From: a virus
Lineage: Duplodnaviria > Caudoviricetes
DNA length: 49,235 nt
IMG/VR virus record: IMGVR_UViG_3300017548_000003
Coordinates: 1-49,235 of that record
Strand: one strand, 5' to 3'
The notes beneath the pieces were generated by a model that saw nothing but the letters and a program-made list of their open reading frames with translations, was not told the origin of the DNA and did not search any database. A program made the translations under genes and the position numbers. How positions within the stretch are numbered: position 1 is the first letter of the stretch; the number at the start of each line of letters is the position of its first letter. Below, in pieces: positions 34,917 to 43,351 of this stretch.

Positions 34917-35365
34917 CCCACCATGCCCTTCATGCGCTGCACAACCTCTGCAACTTCGGTCATGACGTGATTGCCCGCGTTTTCGACGCGCCCGACCTCA
35001 CGTTGATCCACGCGGCCGTCGGCCAGGGAGTCGTAGATTTCCTTGCCGAATACGCCGCTGGCGATCATGAAAGCCGCAACCTTCTCCAGCATGCCCATGT
35101 CGCACTCGGACGCCCCGGCAGGCGCCTTCACCAGCAAGAGCCCGCGCTGCCGCGCCCAGGCCCGCAGGATCCTGTCGTCGTCCGTGAAATCGGTGATCCG
35201 CACGGCCTCCTCCAGCGTTAGGTGATGCCGCTTGCCCTCTTTCGGCTGGGTGCGGTTGACCTTGTTCCTCAGCACTGCCGCAGAAATGTCCACCCGGGGC
35301 CCCAGGGATTCCGATCCGCCGGGATAATCGTGGACGACGTGGTAGGCCGCATCGGCTGTGTTCAT
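34913..35365 (-). CDS. CII-family phage regulatory protein
   Basis: VHDYPGGSESLGPR...LRNKVN...HHLTLEEA. Confidence 0.8.
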   Translation of the reverse strand: MNTADAAYHVVHDYPGGSESLGPRVDISAAVLRNKVNRTQPKEGKRHHLTLEEAVRITDFTDDDRILRAWARQRGLLLVKAPAGASECDMGMLEKVAAFMIASGVFGKEIYDSLADGRVDQREVGRVENAGNHVMTEVAEVVQRMKGMVG

Positions 35366-35418
35366 GTGTGTCTTCCTCGAACGTATTAATTGACGGCCGG
35401 CCGGCCTACAGTGGAGAC

Positions 35419-35613
35419 ATGGAAATGGAAACTACGAAGACCGAAGCCCTGCTCAGGCAGGCAAAGGCGATTTGCCAGGAAGTGACGGGCCGCGAGGACG
35501 TCAACGACGATCTGCTTTGCAGCGTCTTTCGGCGCCTGGAACTGGAGGCCGATCTTGTGGACGACGATCTTCTGGACGCGCTCGATGCGGCCCAGCAAGG
35601 GCTCATACACTGA
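35419..35613 (+). CDS. Small acidic opposite-strand protein
   Basis: GGAG RBS before ATG 35419; 64 aa. Confidence 0.55.
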   Translation: MEMETTKTEALLRQAKAICQEVTGREDVNDDLLCSVFRRLELEADLVDDDLLDALDAAQQGLIH

Positions 35614-35740
35614 GGTGTCAGGCGGGCCGATAGGGATGCGGGTGTCCGCTGGATCAGGGCGCCAGGGATGTTGGGTGGCCGGCTCCAGCCGGGTATGCTT
35701 GGGAGTGCCAACAACCAAACGTTTCCGGGAGGAACCGACC

Positions 35741-36016
35741 ATGACGGACATCGAGATTTGCGCCCAAATGACGCTCATCAAGGCGTTGATGGAGAACGTG
35801 TACGGAAACGCCTTCAGGGGCGATCCGGAGGCATTCGAGGCTTTCATGGGCGACCTCTCAAAGCGGCTGCGATTCCGCCTGCAAGCACCCGCACATGCGA
35901 CAGCAGACGACGCAGAATGGCTACAGGCCATGCAAGCGCAGACGCTGAAGGATGCGGATGCTTTTCGTGATCGGGTGCTGTCAGCAATCCGTCCGGACGG
36001 CGATGCAGGGGCATGA
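35741..36016 (+). CDS. Small opposite-strand protein
   Basis: GGAGG RBS before ATG 35741; 91 aa. Confidence 0.6.
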   Translation: MTDIEICAQMTLIKALMENVYGNAFRGDPEAFEAFMGDLSKRLRFRLQAPAHATADDAEWLQAMQAQTLKDADAFRDRVLSAIRPDGDAGA

Positions 36017-36078
36017 TGGCTTCAAGCTTGGATGCGCCGAAAACGCCCGGGCCAGACGTGAAGCGAGGGAAACGGGGC

Positions 36079-36192
36079 TCAGTCATTCCAGCCCCCTCCC
36101 CTGCGATCGCTCACCAGCGCGTGGATGTGGCCGACGACGTAGCCAGCGCAGAACACGGCAGCCCCGATCAGCGTGATGGTCAGGTCAGACAT
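36079..36192 (-). CDS. 37-aa single-TM peptide
   Basis: AAGGAG RBS; MSDLTITLIGAAVFCAGYVVG. Confidence 0.5.
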   Translation of the reverse strand: MSDLTITLIGAAVFCAGYVVGHIHALVSDRRGGGWND

Positions 36193-36421
36193 TGGCGGGC
36201 TCCTTGGAAAGTCGATCAAGCCGCCGCCTGGCGAACAAATAGACGGCCCCAGCAACAAAAAACGGCAGGGCAATCGAATACAAGCCAAGGAGGACGGCCC
36301 AATTGAAAGGCAGGTTTGCGAAAAGCCAGTCGTTCCCGATCAGAACCATGAAGGGAAACTGTGCGAACCAGAACCAAGCCAAGGCGGCCCAGACGAAATT
36401 CTCAATCTCGGGCTTACGCAT
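36185..36421 (-). CDS. Small two-TM membrane protein downstream of cro
   Basis: 78 aa, very hydrophobic; AAGGAG RBS; flanked by an 18-bp direct repeat. Confidence 0.65.
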   Translation of the reverse strand: MRKPEIENFVWAALAWFWFAQFPFMVLIGNDWLFANLPFNWAVLLGLYSIALPFFVAGAVYLFARRRLDRLSKEPANV

Positions 36422-36650
36422 TGGCGGGCTCCTTGGCGAGTTCGGGCCAGATCCGCCTCCAGTCGTCAGGACGCAGGTCGCGGCGAGTCACAGCGCCATT
36501 TGTGACGCGCTCTATATCCGCGCACCATTCGACCGGCACCGGACGCAACCCTTTTGTCCATTGCCAGACGAACGGTTGCGTTGTTCCGATTGACCGCGCG
36601 AACTCGGACTGCGTAATGCCGGACTTGCGGAGGTATTGGGCGATGTTCAT
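36414..36650 (-). CDS. cro: Cro-like repressor (YdaS family)
   Basis: ITQSEFARSIGTTQPFVWQW...IERVTNGAVTRRDLRPDDW; divergent from cI. Confidence 0.88.
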   Translation of the reverse strand: MNIAQYLRKSGITQSEFARSIGTTQPFVWQWTKGLRPVPVEWCADIERVTNGAVTRRDLRPDDWRRIWPELAKEPANA

Positions 36651-36657
36651 AACCCAT

Positions 36658-36726
36658 AAAGTAGCATTGCTGTTAGCTGCTGTCAACAGCGATGCTGGTT
36701 GAGTCATTTAATAGCAACGCTACACT
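36658..36726. promoter_or_regulatory. OR region: PR/PRM with three operators
   Basis: TAGCATTGCTG (36662), CAGCGATGCTG (36687), TAGCAACGCTA (36712) at 25-bp spacing; minus TTGACA-17-TACTTT; plus TTGAGT-16-TACACT. Confidence 0.8.
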
Positions 36727-36735
36727 GCCAACACA

Positions 36736-37446
36736 ATGAATGAGTCTCGGTCCAAGCAGATAGAGCCTTGGCAGCAGGAAGACGCAGCCAGGCTTTACGC
36801 GCTATTCAAGCAGTACGCCACCATGAGCCAGATGGCGTTCGGTGCCGCCTATGAAATTGGCAACCAAAGCATGGTTTCCCAGTACCTGTTGGGAAAGCGC
36901 CCACTGAACATCGAAGCGGCGAAAAAGTTTTCGCTTGGCCTGGGCCGGCCAATTGATGAGTTCAGCCCCACCTTAGCAAAACGAATAGCCGAAGCCAGCG
37001 AGCGGATCGACCAAGACGCGCCAGAAGCCGACCACGCCCCAATCCGCCTCGTAGACGCCAAGGCATCGGCAGGAAAAGGCGAAATCGTCTTTTCCAACGA
37101 CATCACCAAGATCTTGATGTTTCGCCGCGACTGGCTGGCAAAGAACGACGCCAAGCCGGACCAGACCATAGGCTTCGAGGTGGCCGGCGACTCCATGACT
37201 GACTTGCACATCATCGATGGGTCCGTGGTGCTGGCAAACCGCCGGCGCACGGACCCCATATCGAAGCGGGTCTATGTCGTCTGGATCAATGGGAAGCTGT
37301 ACGTCAAGGAACTGGTGAAAAAGGACGGTATGTGGTGGGCCAGGTCACACAATGCCGCCCGCGCAGCCGACTATCCCGACATCCTGATTGACGATCCGGC
37401 GGCCAGGATTGTGGGCCGCGCCTTCTGGTGCGGCTTCGGTCTCTGA
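36736..37446 (+). CDS. cI: CI-like repressor (HTH plus S24 peptidase)
   Basis: NQSMVSQYLLGKRPLN HTH; SAG cleavage site; GDSM catalytic Ser; YVK catalytic Lys. Confidence 0.93.
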   Translation: MNESRSKQIEPWQQEDAARLYALFKQYATMSQMAFGAAYEIGNQSMVSQYLLGKRPLNIEAAKKFSLGLGRPIDEFSPTLAKRIAEASERIDQDAPEADHAPIRLVDAKASAGKGEIVFSNDITKILMFRRDWLAKNDAKPDQTIGFEVAGDSMTDLHIIDGSVVLANRRRTDPISKRVYVVWINGKLYVKELVKKDGMWWARSHNAARAADYPDILIDDPAARIVGRAFWCGFGL

Positions 37447-37537
37447 GAAACCCTGATTGATGAGCGCGGACGAGAGGATTACTTTGGGCCAGCAAGTAAC
37501 AAAACCTTATTATTAATGTGGATATGTGAGGAGAACC

Positions 37538-37675
37538 ATGAAAAAGATCATCGCAGCCGCCGTCCTGGCCGTCTTCGGCGTCATCGCAACAGCACCAGTC
37601 TGGGCACACAGCGGCGGTACCGACAAGAACGGCTGCCACATGAACCACAAGACCGGGACCAGGCACTGTCATTGA
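37538..37675 (+). CDS. 45-aa exported YHYH-like His/Cys peptide (not in ORF track)
   Basis: GAGGAG RBS; signal peptide MKKIIAAAVLAVFGVIATAPVWA then HSGGTDKNGCHMNHKTGTRHCH. Confidence 0.8.
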   Translation: MKKIIAAAVLAVFGVIATAPVWAHSGGTDKNGCHMNHKTGTRHCH

Positions 37676-37729
37676 AGTCGACAAGGCCGTCCTACAACAG
37701 GCCCGCAGGGCCAACACAAGGAGGAGCAG

Positions 37730-37948
37730 ATGGCTAGGTTTATTCTGAATCGAGACCAGCAGCCCAACGGAGACAACGAAGTCCACAACGCGACGACGGG
37801 CTGCAACTGGATGCCGGCGCCGCACAACCAGATCAACCTTGGCGAGTACCCCAACTGTCACGGAGCCGTTGCTGCCGCCAAGGCCGCATATGGCAATGCA
37901 CGCATCAATGGGTGCGCCTACTGCTGCCCGGCTTGCCACACAACTTGA
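37730..37948 (+). CDS. 72-aa Cys/His-rich protein
   Basis: AAGGAGG RBS; NEVH...GC...INGCAYCCPACH. Confidence 0.8.
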   Translation: MARFILNRDQQPNGDNEVHNATTGCNWMPAPHNQINLGEYPNCHGAVAAAKAAYGNARINGCAYCCPACHTT

Positions 37949-38054
37949 GCAGAACAAATGAGTCTCGGCCCGCCTGCACGGCGGCCGGGATCATGAGGCC
38001 ACGCCTTCTGGCATAAATGTAGGGTGGAAATGTATGAACAGGGAGAACCCGTAA

Positions 38055-38492
38055 ATGTCGCATCAACAAGAAATCGCACTGTCGTCGACTGAGCCTCACA
38101 TCGGCTCTCAGCAACAATCCGTCCTGCACATCGCCCCCACTCACCAGCCGTTCCAGAACCTCCAACTCAAGTCTGAGTTGGGTTTCATGGATGTCATCGG
38201 CCACATGATCGTCTGGGTGCTGCTCTCGATCGTGACGCTGGGCCTGGCCCTGTTCGTGTTTCCTTACTACATGCAGCGCTTCATCATCAGCAAGACCTAC
38301 GCCTATGACGGCGAGGGAAAACGTGTTGGACGCCTGGTGTGCACGATCGACTTGGCCAGCATCATCGGCAAGATCATCCTGTGGGCGATCATCAGCATCG
38401 TGACCCTTGGCATCGGTTACCTCGTGTTCATGTACAAGATCACGGCGCACTGCATGACACATACGAAGATTGTTGGTGTGAACTCGCTGTAG
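38055..38492 (+). CDS. Membrane protein with duplicated LSIVTLG repeat (YjgN/DUF898-like)
   Basis: WVLLSIVTLGLA and WAIISIVTLGIG repeats. Confidence 0.75.
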   Translation: MSHQQEIALSSTEPHIGSQQQSVLHIAPTHQPFQNLQLKSELGFMDVIGHMIVWVLLSIVTLGLALFVFPYYMQRFIISKTYAYDGEGKRVGRLVCTIDLASIIGKIILWAIISIVTLGIGYLVFMYKITAHCMTHTKIVGVNSL

Positions 38493-38675
38493 ATCGCCCT
38501 GCCCTTCGCTGTGTTCGGCATCAAGAAGCGGCTCGACGCCATCCTGGTGGAACTGAAGCGCGTCAACGGGAACATCAGGCCGCCTGAGGGCAGGTAGACC
38601 GCGCCTTCTGGTGTGGGGTTTGGTGTAATGTGTCCTCAGCCAATATCAATCTAAAGATATTTTCATAACAGTTTT

Positions 38676-38693
38676 TTTGATATAATTATCAAA
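38676..38693. promoter_or_regulatory. Inverted-repeat operator overlapping TATAAT upstream of the P63C gene
   Basis: TTTGATA-TAAT-TATCAAA; second inverted repeat AATATC-N8-GATATT at 38642-38661. Confidence 0.6.
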
Positions 38694-38713
38694 TCTACTG
38701 AATGAGGATCGCT

Positions 38714-39835
38714 ATGTCAGCAAAAGCAATTATTGAGAAATTTGGCGGCCAGTCTGCGTTGGCGGAGGCTATCGGCAAAGGCCAGAGCACGGTAGCTTAC
38801 TGGAAGAAGACTGGCACGATTCCTGCCAGGTGGCAGCCAACACTACTTCAACTGGCTGCAGAGAAAGGGCTGGATTTGCAACCCAGTGACTTCCTCCTCC
38901 CTATAGAAAACGCCAATTTGATGCCTGCAGAAGATGATGGCATCCCAAAGGCTACCCATTGGGGGGATCTGGATATCGCCGGGACAAAAATCCCCTGCTA
39001 TGTCCTAAGTACAGGGGATCGCGTATTCAGCCTCAAAGGTGTTGTTGTGGGCCTCATCGAGACGGACGGCGGCCAACTGGCAGAATATCTGAAAGTAAGA
39101 GCGCTGCAGCCCCATCTGCCGCCCGATCTGATGCCTTCAGAGAACGGCGACATACCGGCGTTCTTCAGATTTGATACAGGCGGGGAAGGCGTCGCAAAAT
39201 ATGCCGTCGGCATCAAAGTAGAGCGGTTCAATGATTTGATCAGGGCTTATTCCAGCGCACTGGTTGATCATGCGCTCAGCCCCCACGACAAAACAAAAAT
39301 TGCACTGACGGACAGGCAGCTGCAGATCGCGCAGAGAGCGGTGAGGTTTCAGCAGGCCACTGCAGACGTTGGCCTGATAGCGTTGGTGGATGAAGCGACC
39401 GGCTATCAATATGAACGCGAGGAAGATGCGCTGCAAATTAAGCTCAGGCTCTATCTGGAAGAAGACATGAGAAAGTGGGAACGAACGTTTCCGGATCAGC
39501 TCTGGGCAGAATTTGGGCGCCTGACGAACTGGAAAGGAACGCTGCACCAGCGCCCGAAGTATTGGGGAAAGCTCATTATGGAACTGATCTATGGGTACCT
39601 GGACCCCGATGTTGCCAAGTGGCTGAAGGAGCACGCCCCGAAGCCAATCAAGGGACAAAACTATCATCAGTGGCTCAGCAGTCAGTACGGCCTAAAAAAA
39701 CTAACCGAACACATTTGGCTCGTCGTGGGGATGGCTGCAGCTTGCGAAAACATGCCAGAGTTGCGAGAAAGGATGGCGGAAAGGTTCGGACGACACCAGG
39801 TGCAGTTACGCATGTATCTCCCAATAAAGTCCTGA
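38714..39835 (+). CDS. Cro-like HTH fused to P63C-domain protein
   Basis: IIEKFGGQSALAEAIGKGQSTVAYW HTH; IPCYVLSTGDRV, IALVDEATGYQ, WERTFPD, YHQWLS P63C motifs; low GC. Confidence 0.85.
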   Translation: MSAKAIIEKFGGQSALAEAIGKGQSTVAYWKKTGTIPARWQPTLLQLAAEKGLDLQPSDFLLPIENANLMPAEDDGIPKATHWGDLDIAGTKIPCYVLSTGDRVFSLKGVVVGLIETDGGQLAEYLKVRALQPHLPPDLMPSENGDIPAFFRFDTGGEGVAKYAVGIKVERFNDLIRAYSSALVDHALSPHDKTKIALTDRQLQIAQRAVRFQQATADVGLIALVDEATGYQYEREEDALQIKLRLYLEEDMRKWERTFPDQLWAEFGRLTNWKGTLHQRPKYWGKLIMELIYGYLDPDVAKWLKEHAPKPIKGQNYHQWLSSQYGLKKLTEHIWLVVGMAAACENMPELRERMAERFGRHQVQLRMYLPIKS

Positions 39836-39861
39836 TGACGCATGTCCACGCGTCATTTCAC

Positions 39862-39883
39862 AGCCCTCTCCGGAGGGCTTTTT
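39862..39883 (+). terminator. Intrinsic terminator
   Basis: AGCCCTC-TCCG-GAGGGCT-TTTT. Confidence 0.75.
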
Positions 39884-39921
39884 CATGCCTGGGCGCCGTA
39901 GCGCCAGGCCCTCTGTTCCAC

Positions 39922-40080
39922 TCAACCAGCCACAAGCAGCCGGCCCAAGGGCTGGGCGTGATTGAGCAGCACCGCCAGGCCGCGACCAATCTCCGCTTCG
40001 ACTATCCACCAGCGCAGGATCTTACCCGCGCCATCGCTGGCCGTCAGTCGGCCACTTTCAAAGGTCCAAATCACCATCAT
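39922..40080 (-). CDS. 52-aa small protein (not in ORF track)
   Basis: AGGAG RBS; MMVIWTFESGRLTASDGAGKILRWWIVEAEIGRGLAVLLNHAQPLGRLLVAG. Confidence 0.45.
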   Translation of the reverse strand: MMVIWTFESGRLTASDGAGKILRWWIVEAEIGRGLAVLLNHAQPLGRLLVAG

Positions 40081-40227
40081 TTCAATCTCCTGGATGGCGG
40101 TTTATGGCGCCACCACCCGGCGGCACCTAGCTTCATAGTGGCGTCACGACAGGACTAACGCCAAGCCGCGCTGCGCTTCGCAGCCATCACGACCGCTGAC
40201 CGTCAAGTCTTCTTGTTGTGCCCCCCC

Positions 40228-40249
40228 AGCCGCCTAGAGCGGCTTTTTT
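40228..40249 (+). terminator. Intrinsic terminator upstream of PL
   Basis: AGCCGC-CTAGA-GCGGCT-TTTTT. Confidence 0.75.
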
Positions 40250-40298
40250 GTGGCTTACGGATTGCGGGCCGGCGGGGATTTCCCTACACACAAAAAAG

Positions 40299-40338
40299 CA
40301 GCATTGCTATTGACAATAGCAAACAGCATTGCTACTAT
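40299..40338 (+). promoter_or_regulatory. PL promoter with OL operators
   Basis: TTGACA(40310)-17-TACTAT(40333); CAGCATTGCTA at 40299 and 40324, same motif and 25-bp spacing as OR. Confidence 0.88.
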
Positions 40339-40402
40339 CTCTCCAACGCATCACGAAACGCCTAGGCCTCAGGGCCAGCCCAGTAGGGATGCAGCAAGAC
40401 CC

Positions 40403-40415
40403 CGCTCTTTAACAA
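40403..40415 (+). promoter_or_regulatory. boxA antitermination element
   Basis: CGCTCTTTAACAA ~60 nt downstream of PL matches the boxA consensus. Confidence 0.75.
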
Positions 40416-40752
40416 CCGAAGACGATGAACACCAGCCCCCTGCCCTATACGGTCAGCGGTGTGGCTGGCTGCCCAATACCGCATCCCGGCAGGAGGAAAA
40501 GGGATGAAATCCGGCGAGAGTCAGCCAGGCCCAAGAGTGGGCCGCAGTACGCAGACAGGAACCGGGGACGGCGAAAGCCGCGCCCACACACTGCCCTGAT
40601 GGCGTCGTAATCAGGGAGACGATTCCCCGGCCCAACCGGGGAGCGCTGTGCAAGTCAGCAATCTGCGCCCAGGCATCGCGGCATCTTGCCGGGCGCGGAG
40701 TTATCCAAGGCGGCATTGAGTCAGTGTCGCGCTGGATGACAAGGAGATCACC

Positions 40753-41028
40753 ATGGAAATCAACCAGACGAAACGGGTCAAGGTAGACGCCAAGACCATC
40801 AGCATCTACTGCAAGGTCAGCGACCGATTCAGCTACCAGATTCTGGATGCTCAGGGCGAAGTGCTGCACGACCAGGATGACGGATACGTGCCGGACTTCA
40901 TGCCGGGCGACCACTACGGCGATTACGTGATCCTGGAAATCGACATCGATACCGGCGTGGTGAAGAACTGGAAAAAGCTCGACGCGTCGGATATCGAGGC
41001 CGTGATGGAACCCAATCATGAACACTGA
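40753..41028 (+). CDS. Acidic early protein
   Basis: AAGGAG RBS; GYVPDFMPGDHYGDYVILEIDIDTG motif. Confidence 0.8.
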   Translation: MEINQTKRVKVDAKTISIYCKVSDRFSYQILDAQGEVLHDQDDGYVPDFMPGDHYGDYVILEIDIDTGVVKNWKKLDASDIEAVMEPNHEH

Positions 41029-41314
41029 AACCGTACTGACGGATGAGCAGAGAGAGCATCTGTATATGGAAAACCTCGATCCCTTTTTTGTTGATGGGGA
41101 AGAGGGTGAGGCCATCATCAAGGCCATCGAGCAAGCCGTCCTGCAATCGCCTGATGTGCAGGCGTGGAAGAAGGATGCGGAACGGCTGGATTGGCTTGCA
41201 GACCCCAACAACAGTATCGGCAATGTCCAGTTGCCGGCCCAGTGCATCAGGGACCACCTGGACAGCATGCGTGCCGCGATCGATGCGGCAATGAGGCGCT
41301 GGCCCGCCAAATAA
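41018..41314 (+). CDS. Hypothetical early protein
   Basis: KDAERLDWL...RAAIDAAM modular phage motif. Confidence 0.7.
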   Translation: MNTETVLTDEQREHLYMENLDPFFVDGEEGEAIIKAIEQAVLQSPDVQAWKKDAERLDWLADPNNSIGNVQLPAQCIRDHLDSMRAAIDAAMRRWPAK

Positions 41315-41319
41315 TCAAC

Positions 41320-41980
41320 GCCTGCCCGGCTGGCCTCCGTCTCTGACGCGCCAGGCTCAGGCCCGCCCGGCACGGTTAGCCGGGAAAGTTTCGCAGCACG
41401 TCCAGCCCACGTTACGGGCACACGTCGGCGTCACCCCGTCCGCCAGAACGCCGGGGCCAGCAACAAGGAGAGAGCCATGTGTTAGCGGACCAAAAACCGC
41501 ACCTGTGCCGGTAAAGCACAGGGCCATCATCGAAGCGTGATTTCTGACCCGCTGGGCTCAAGGATGTGGTGCCGGCCGCGCTTCGATGATGGCAGCAGTA
41601 CCGCGCAGGTGTCAGCACGCGGCCGTACGGACGACGGACCACCTGGCGAGGGACGGGTAACGCAAATCGCCAATGCCGGGATCGCATCCGGCGCCATCAC
41701 GCCAGCCTGTACGGCGCACAGGCCCGACCCCACGGTGAGCGGGGCATCCTGGAAGCAAGGCCAGGGCCATCACATAACCCCCCATCAGGTCTTCCGCAGG
41801 CAGCACGACGAGCAAGCGTCGGCGGCTTGCCCCTTTCCCATTCTGCTGAGTACGTGCGAACCGGTGCCACATCCGGGGCGTCGTGCTGCCTGCCGAGGGC
41901 CTGAACTCCTGAACCCGCCAATACCGACCGGTCCGGACCGTGCGTGACGGCGGGGAACGCAAGCAGACCCTCGACCTTTT
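41320..41980 (+). ncRNA. Long structured, apparently non-coding leader
   Basis: Consecutive hairpins including two perfect 15-bp stems (41523-41537/41579-41593 and 41796-41810/41879-41893); no convincing long ORF. Confidence 0.45.
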
Positions 41981-41992
41981 TTGGAGGCTGAC

Positions 41993-42220
41993 ATGAGCGC
42001 AGTGGATTCGCTTTTCATGTGGCTGGCGGCCGTCTCATTTGCTGCCGCTGGCGACGCGCTGTGGGTGAGCAGGATCCGCCCTGCCCTGGCGCCCCGCTTC
42101 GGCTGGCGCGACCTGGACCCCGACGAACTGATCCCAGCGAAGGCCTGGATCGGCGCCCTGGCTGTGCTGGCCCTGTTTTTTGTCGTCGTGCCGTTTGTCG
42201 GCGCGGCTGCGGGGTACTGA
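41993..42220 (+). CDS. Small membrane protein
   Basis: GGAGG RBS; two hydrophobic segments. Confidence 0.7.
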   Translation: MSAVDSLFMWLAAVSFAAAGDALWVSRIRPALAPRFGWRDLDPDELIPAKAWIGALAVLALFFVVVPFVGAAAGY

Positions 42221-42221
42221 C

Positions 42222-42563
42222 ATGATCCTCGACGACACGACAACCCTGGGCGGCATCAGCGCCGCATGCCGATCCTGGGAACAGTCCTGGGTTGACGGAC
42301 CGGACTTAGATGATGCGGAAGATGCGAGGCCGGAAGCCACGACCGAGGGCGTGCTGGCCGTCCTTCGCGGCGAATCGTCGGAAGACGAAGAGGGCCGGGA
42401 CTACGGGGTCCTGGACCAGACCGGCCTGCTGACTGCCTGCCTGGCCGAAATCGCCCTGGATTGGCACGCCCGAGCGGAAATGATCGAACTGCTGGCGAAG
42501 AACCAGGGCACCTATCCGGCTGCCCAGGCGGTGCTGCAGAAATACGTCAATCGGATGATTTGA
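42222..42563 (+). CDS. Acidic hypothetical protein
   Basis: ATG 1 nt after the upstream stop; 113 aa. Confidence 0.6.
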   Translation: MILDDTTTLGGISAACRSWEQSWVDGPDLDDAEDARPEATTEGVLAVLRGESSEDEEGRDYGVLDQTGLLTACLAEIALDWHARAEMIELLAKNQGTYPAAQAVLQKYVNRMI

Positions 42564-42685
42564 GGCCGGCATGGACCACAAAGAATATTTCCTGCCTGGC
42601 CTGCCCGAGGCGGTAATCCGTGGCGGCGCCGGCCAAGTCGTCGCAAAACTCAAGCAGCAAGAACCTCACGAATTGGAGAGCAACT

Positions 42686-43339
42686 ATGAGCGTCGTAACC
42701 ATGGTCTTGGGCGAGTCCGGGACCGGAAAGTCAGCGAGCCTGCGCAACATGCAGCCGAAGGACACCCTTTTGATCCAGGCGGTGAAAAAGCCCCTGCCCT
42801 TTAAGTCGTCAGCCTGGAAACGCTTCGGCAAAGAGACCAAGGACGGCAATATCTTTCAAACCGACATCGCCGCCCAGATCATCACGCTCATGCAGAAAAC
42901 CCAGCGCAAGATCATCGTGCTGGACGACTTCCAGTACGTGATGGCCAACGAGTTCATGCGGCGCACGAATGAGACGGGTTTCAACAAGTTCACCGAGATC
43001 GGCAAGAACGCCTGGGACATCATCAATGCCGCCGCCGCTCTTCCCGAAGATGTGCGGGTCTACATCCTGAGCCATATCGAAACCAGCGAATCCGGCCACA
43101 CCAAGATCAAGACCATCGGGAAGATGTTGGACGAAAAGATCGCGCTCGAAGGCATGGTGACCATTGTTCTGAGAACCATGATCCGGGACGGCCAGTACCT
43201 CTTTGCCACTCGCAACAACGGCAGCGACACCACCAAAACCCCCATGGGTCTGTTCGACACCGAGACGATCGACAACGACCTGCAGGCCGTCGATCAGGCC
43301 ATCCAGTCTTACTACGAATTGACCGAGCAACCCGCTTAA
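42686..43339 (+). CDS. AAA ATPase, Sak4-like recombinase
   Basis: Walker A GESGTGKS, Walker B IIVLDDFQY, KIKTIGKMLDEK. Confidence 0.85.
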   Translation: MSVVTMVLGESGTGKSASLRNMQPKDTLLIQAVKKPLPFKSSAWKRFGKETKDGNIFQTDIAAQIITLMQKTQRKIIVLDDFQYVMANEFMRRTNETGFNKFTEIGKNAWDIINAAAALPEDVRVYILSHIETSESGHTKIKTIGKMLDEKIALEGMVTIVLRTMIRDGQYLFATRNNGSDTTKTPMGLFDTETIDNDLQAVDQAIQSYYELTEQPA

Positions 43340-43351
43340 AGGAACCGCACA

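Noticed and set aside
42571-42804. 77-aa ORF before the Sak4-like gene
   Set aside because: Overlaps the ATPase gene by 119 nt; may be a real short gene but I cannot support it
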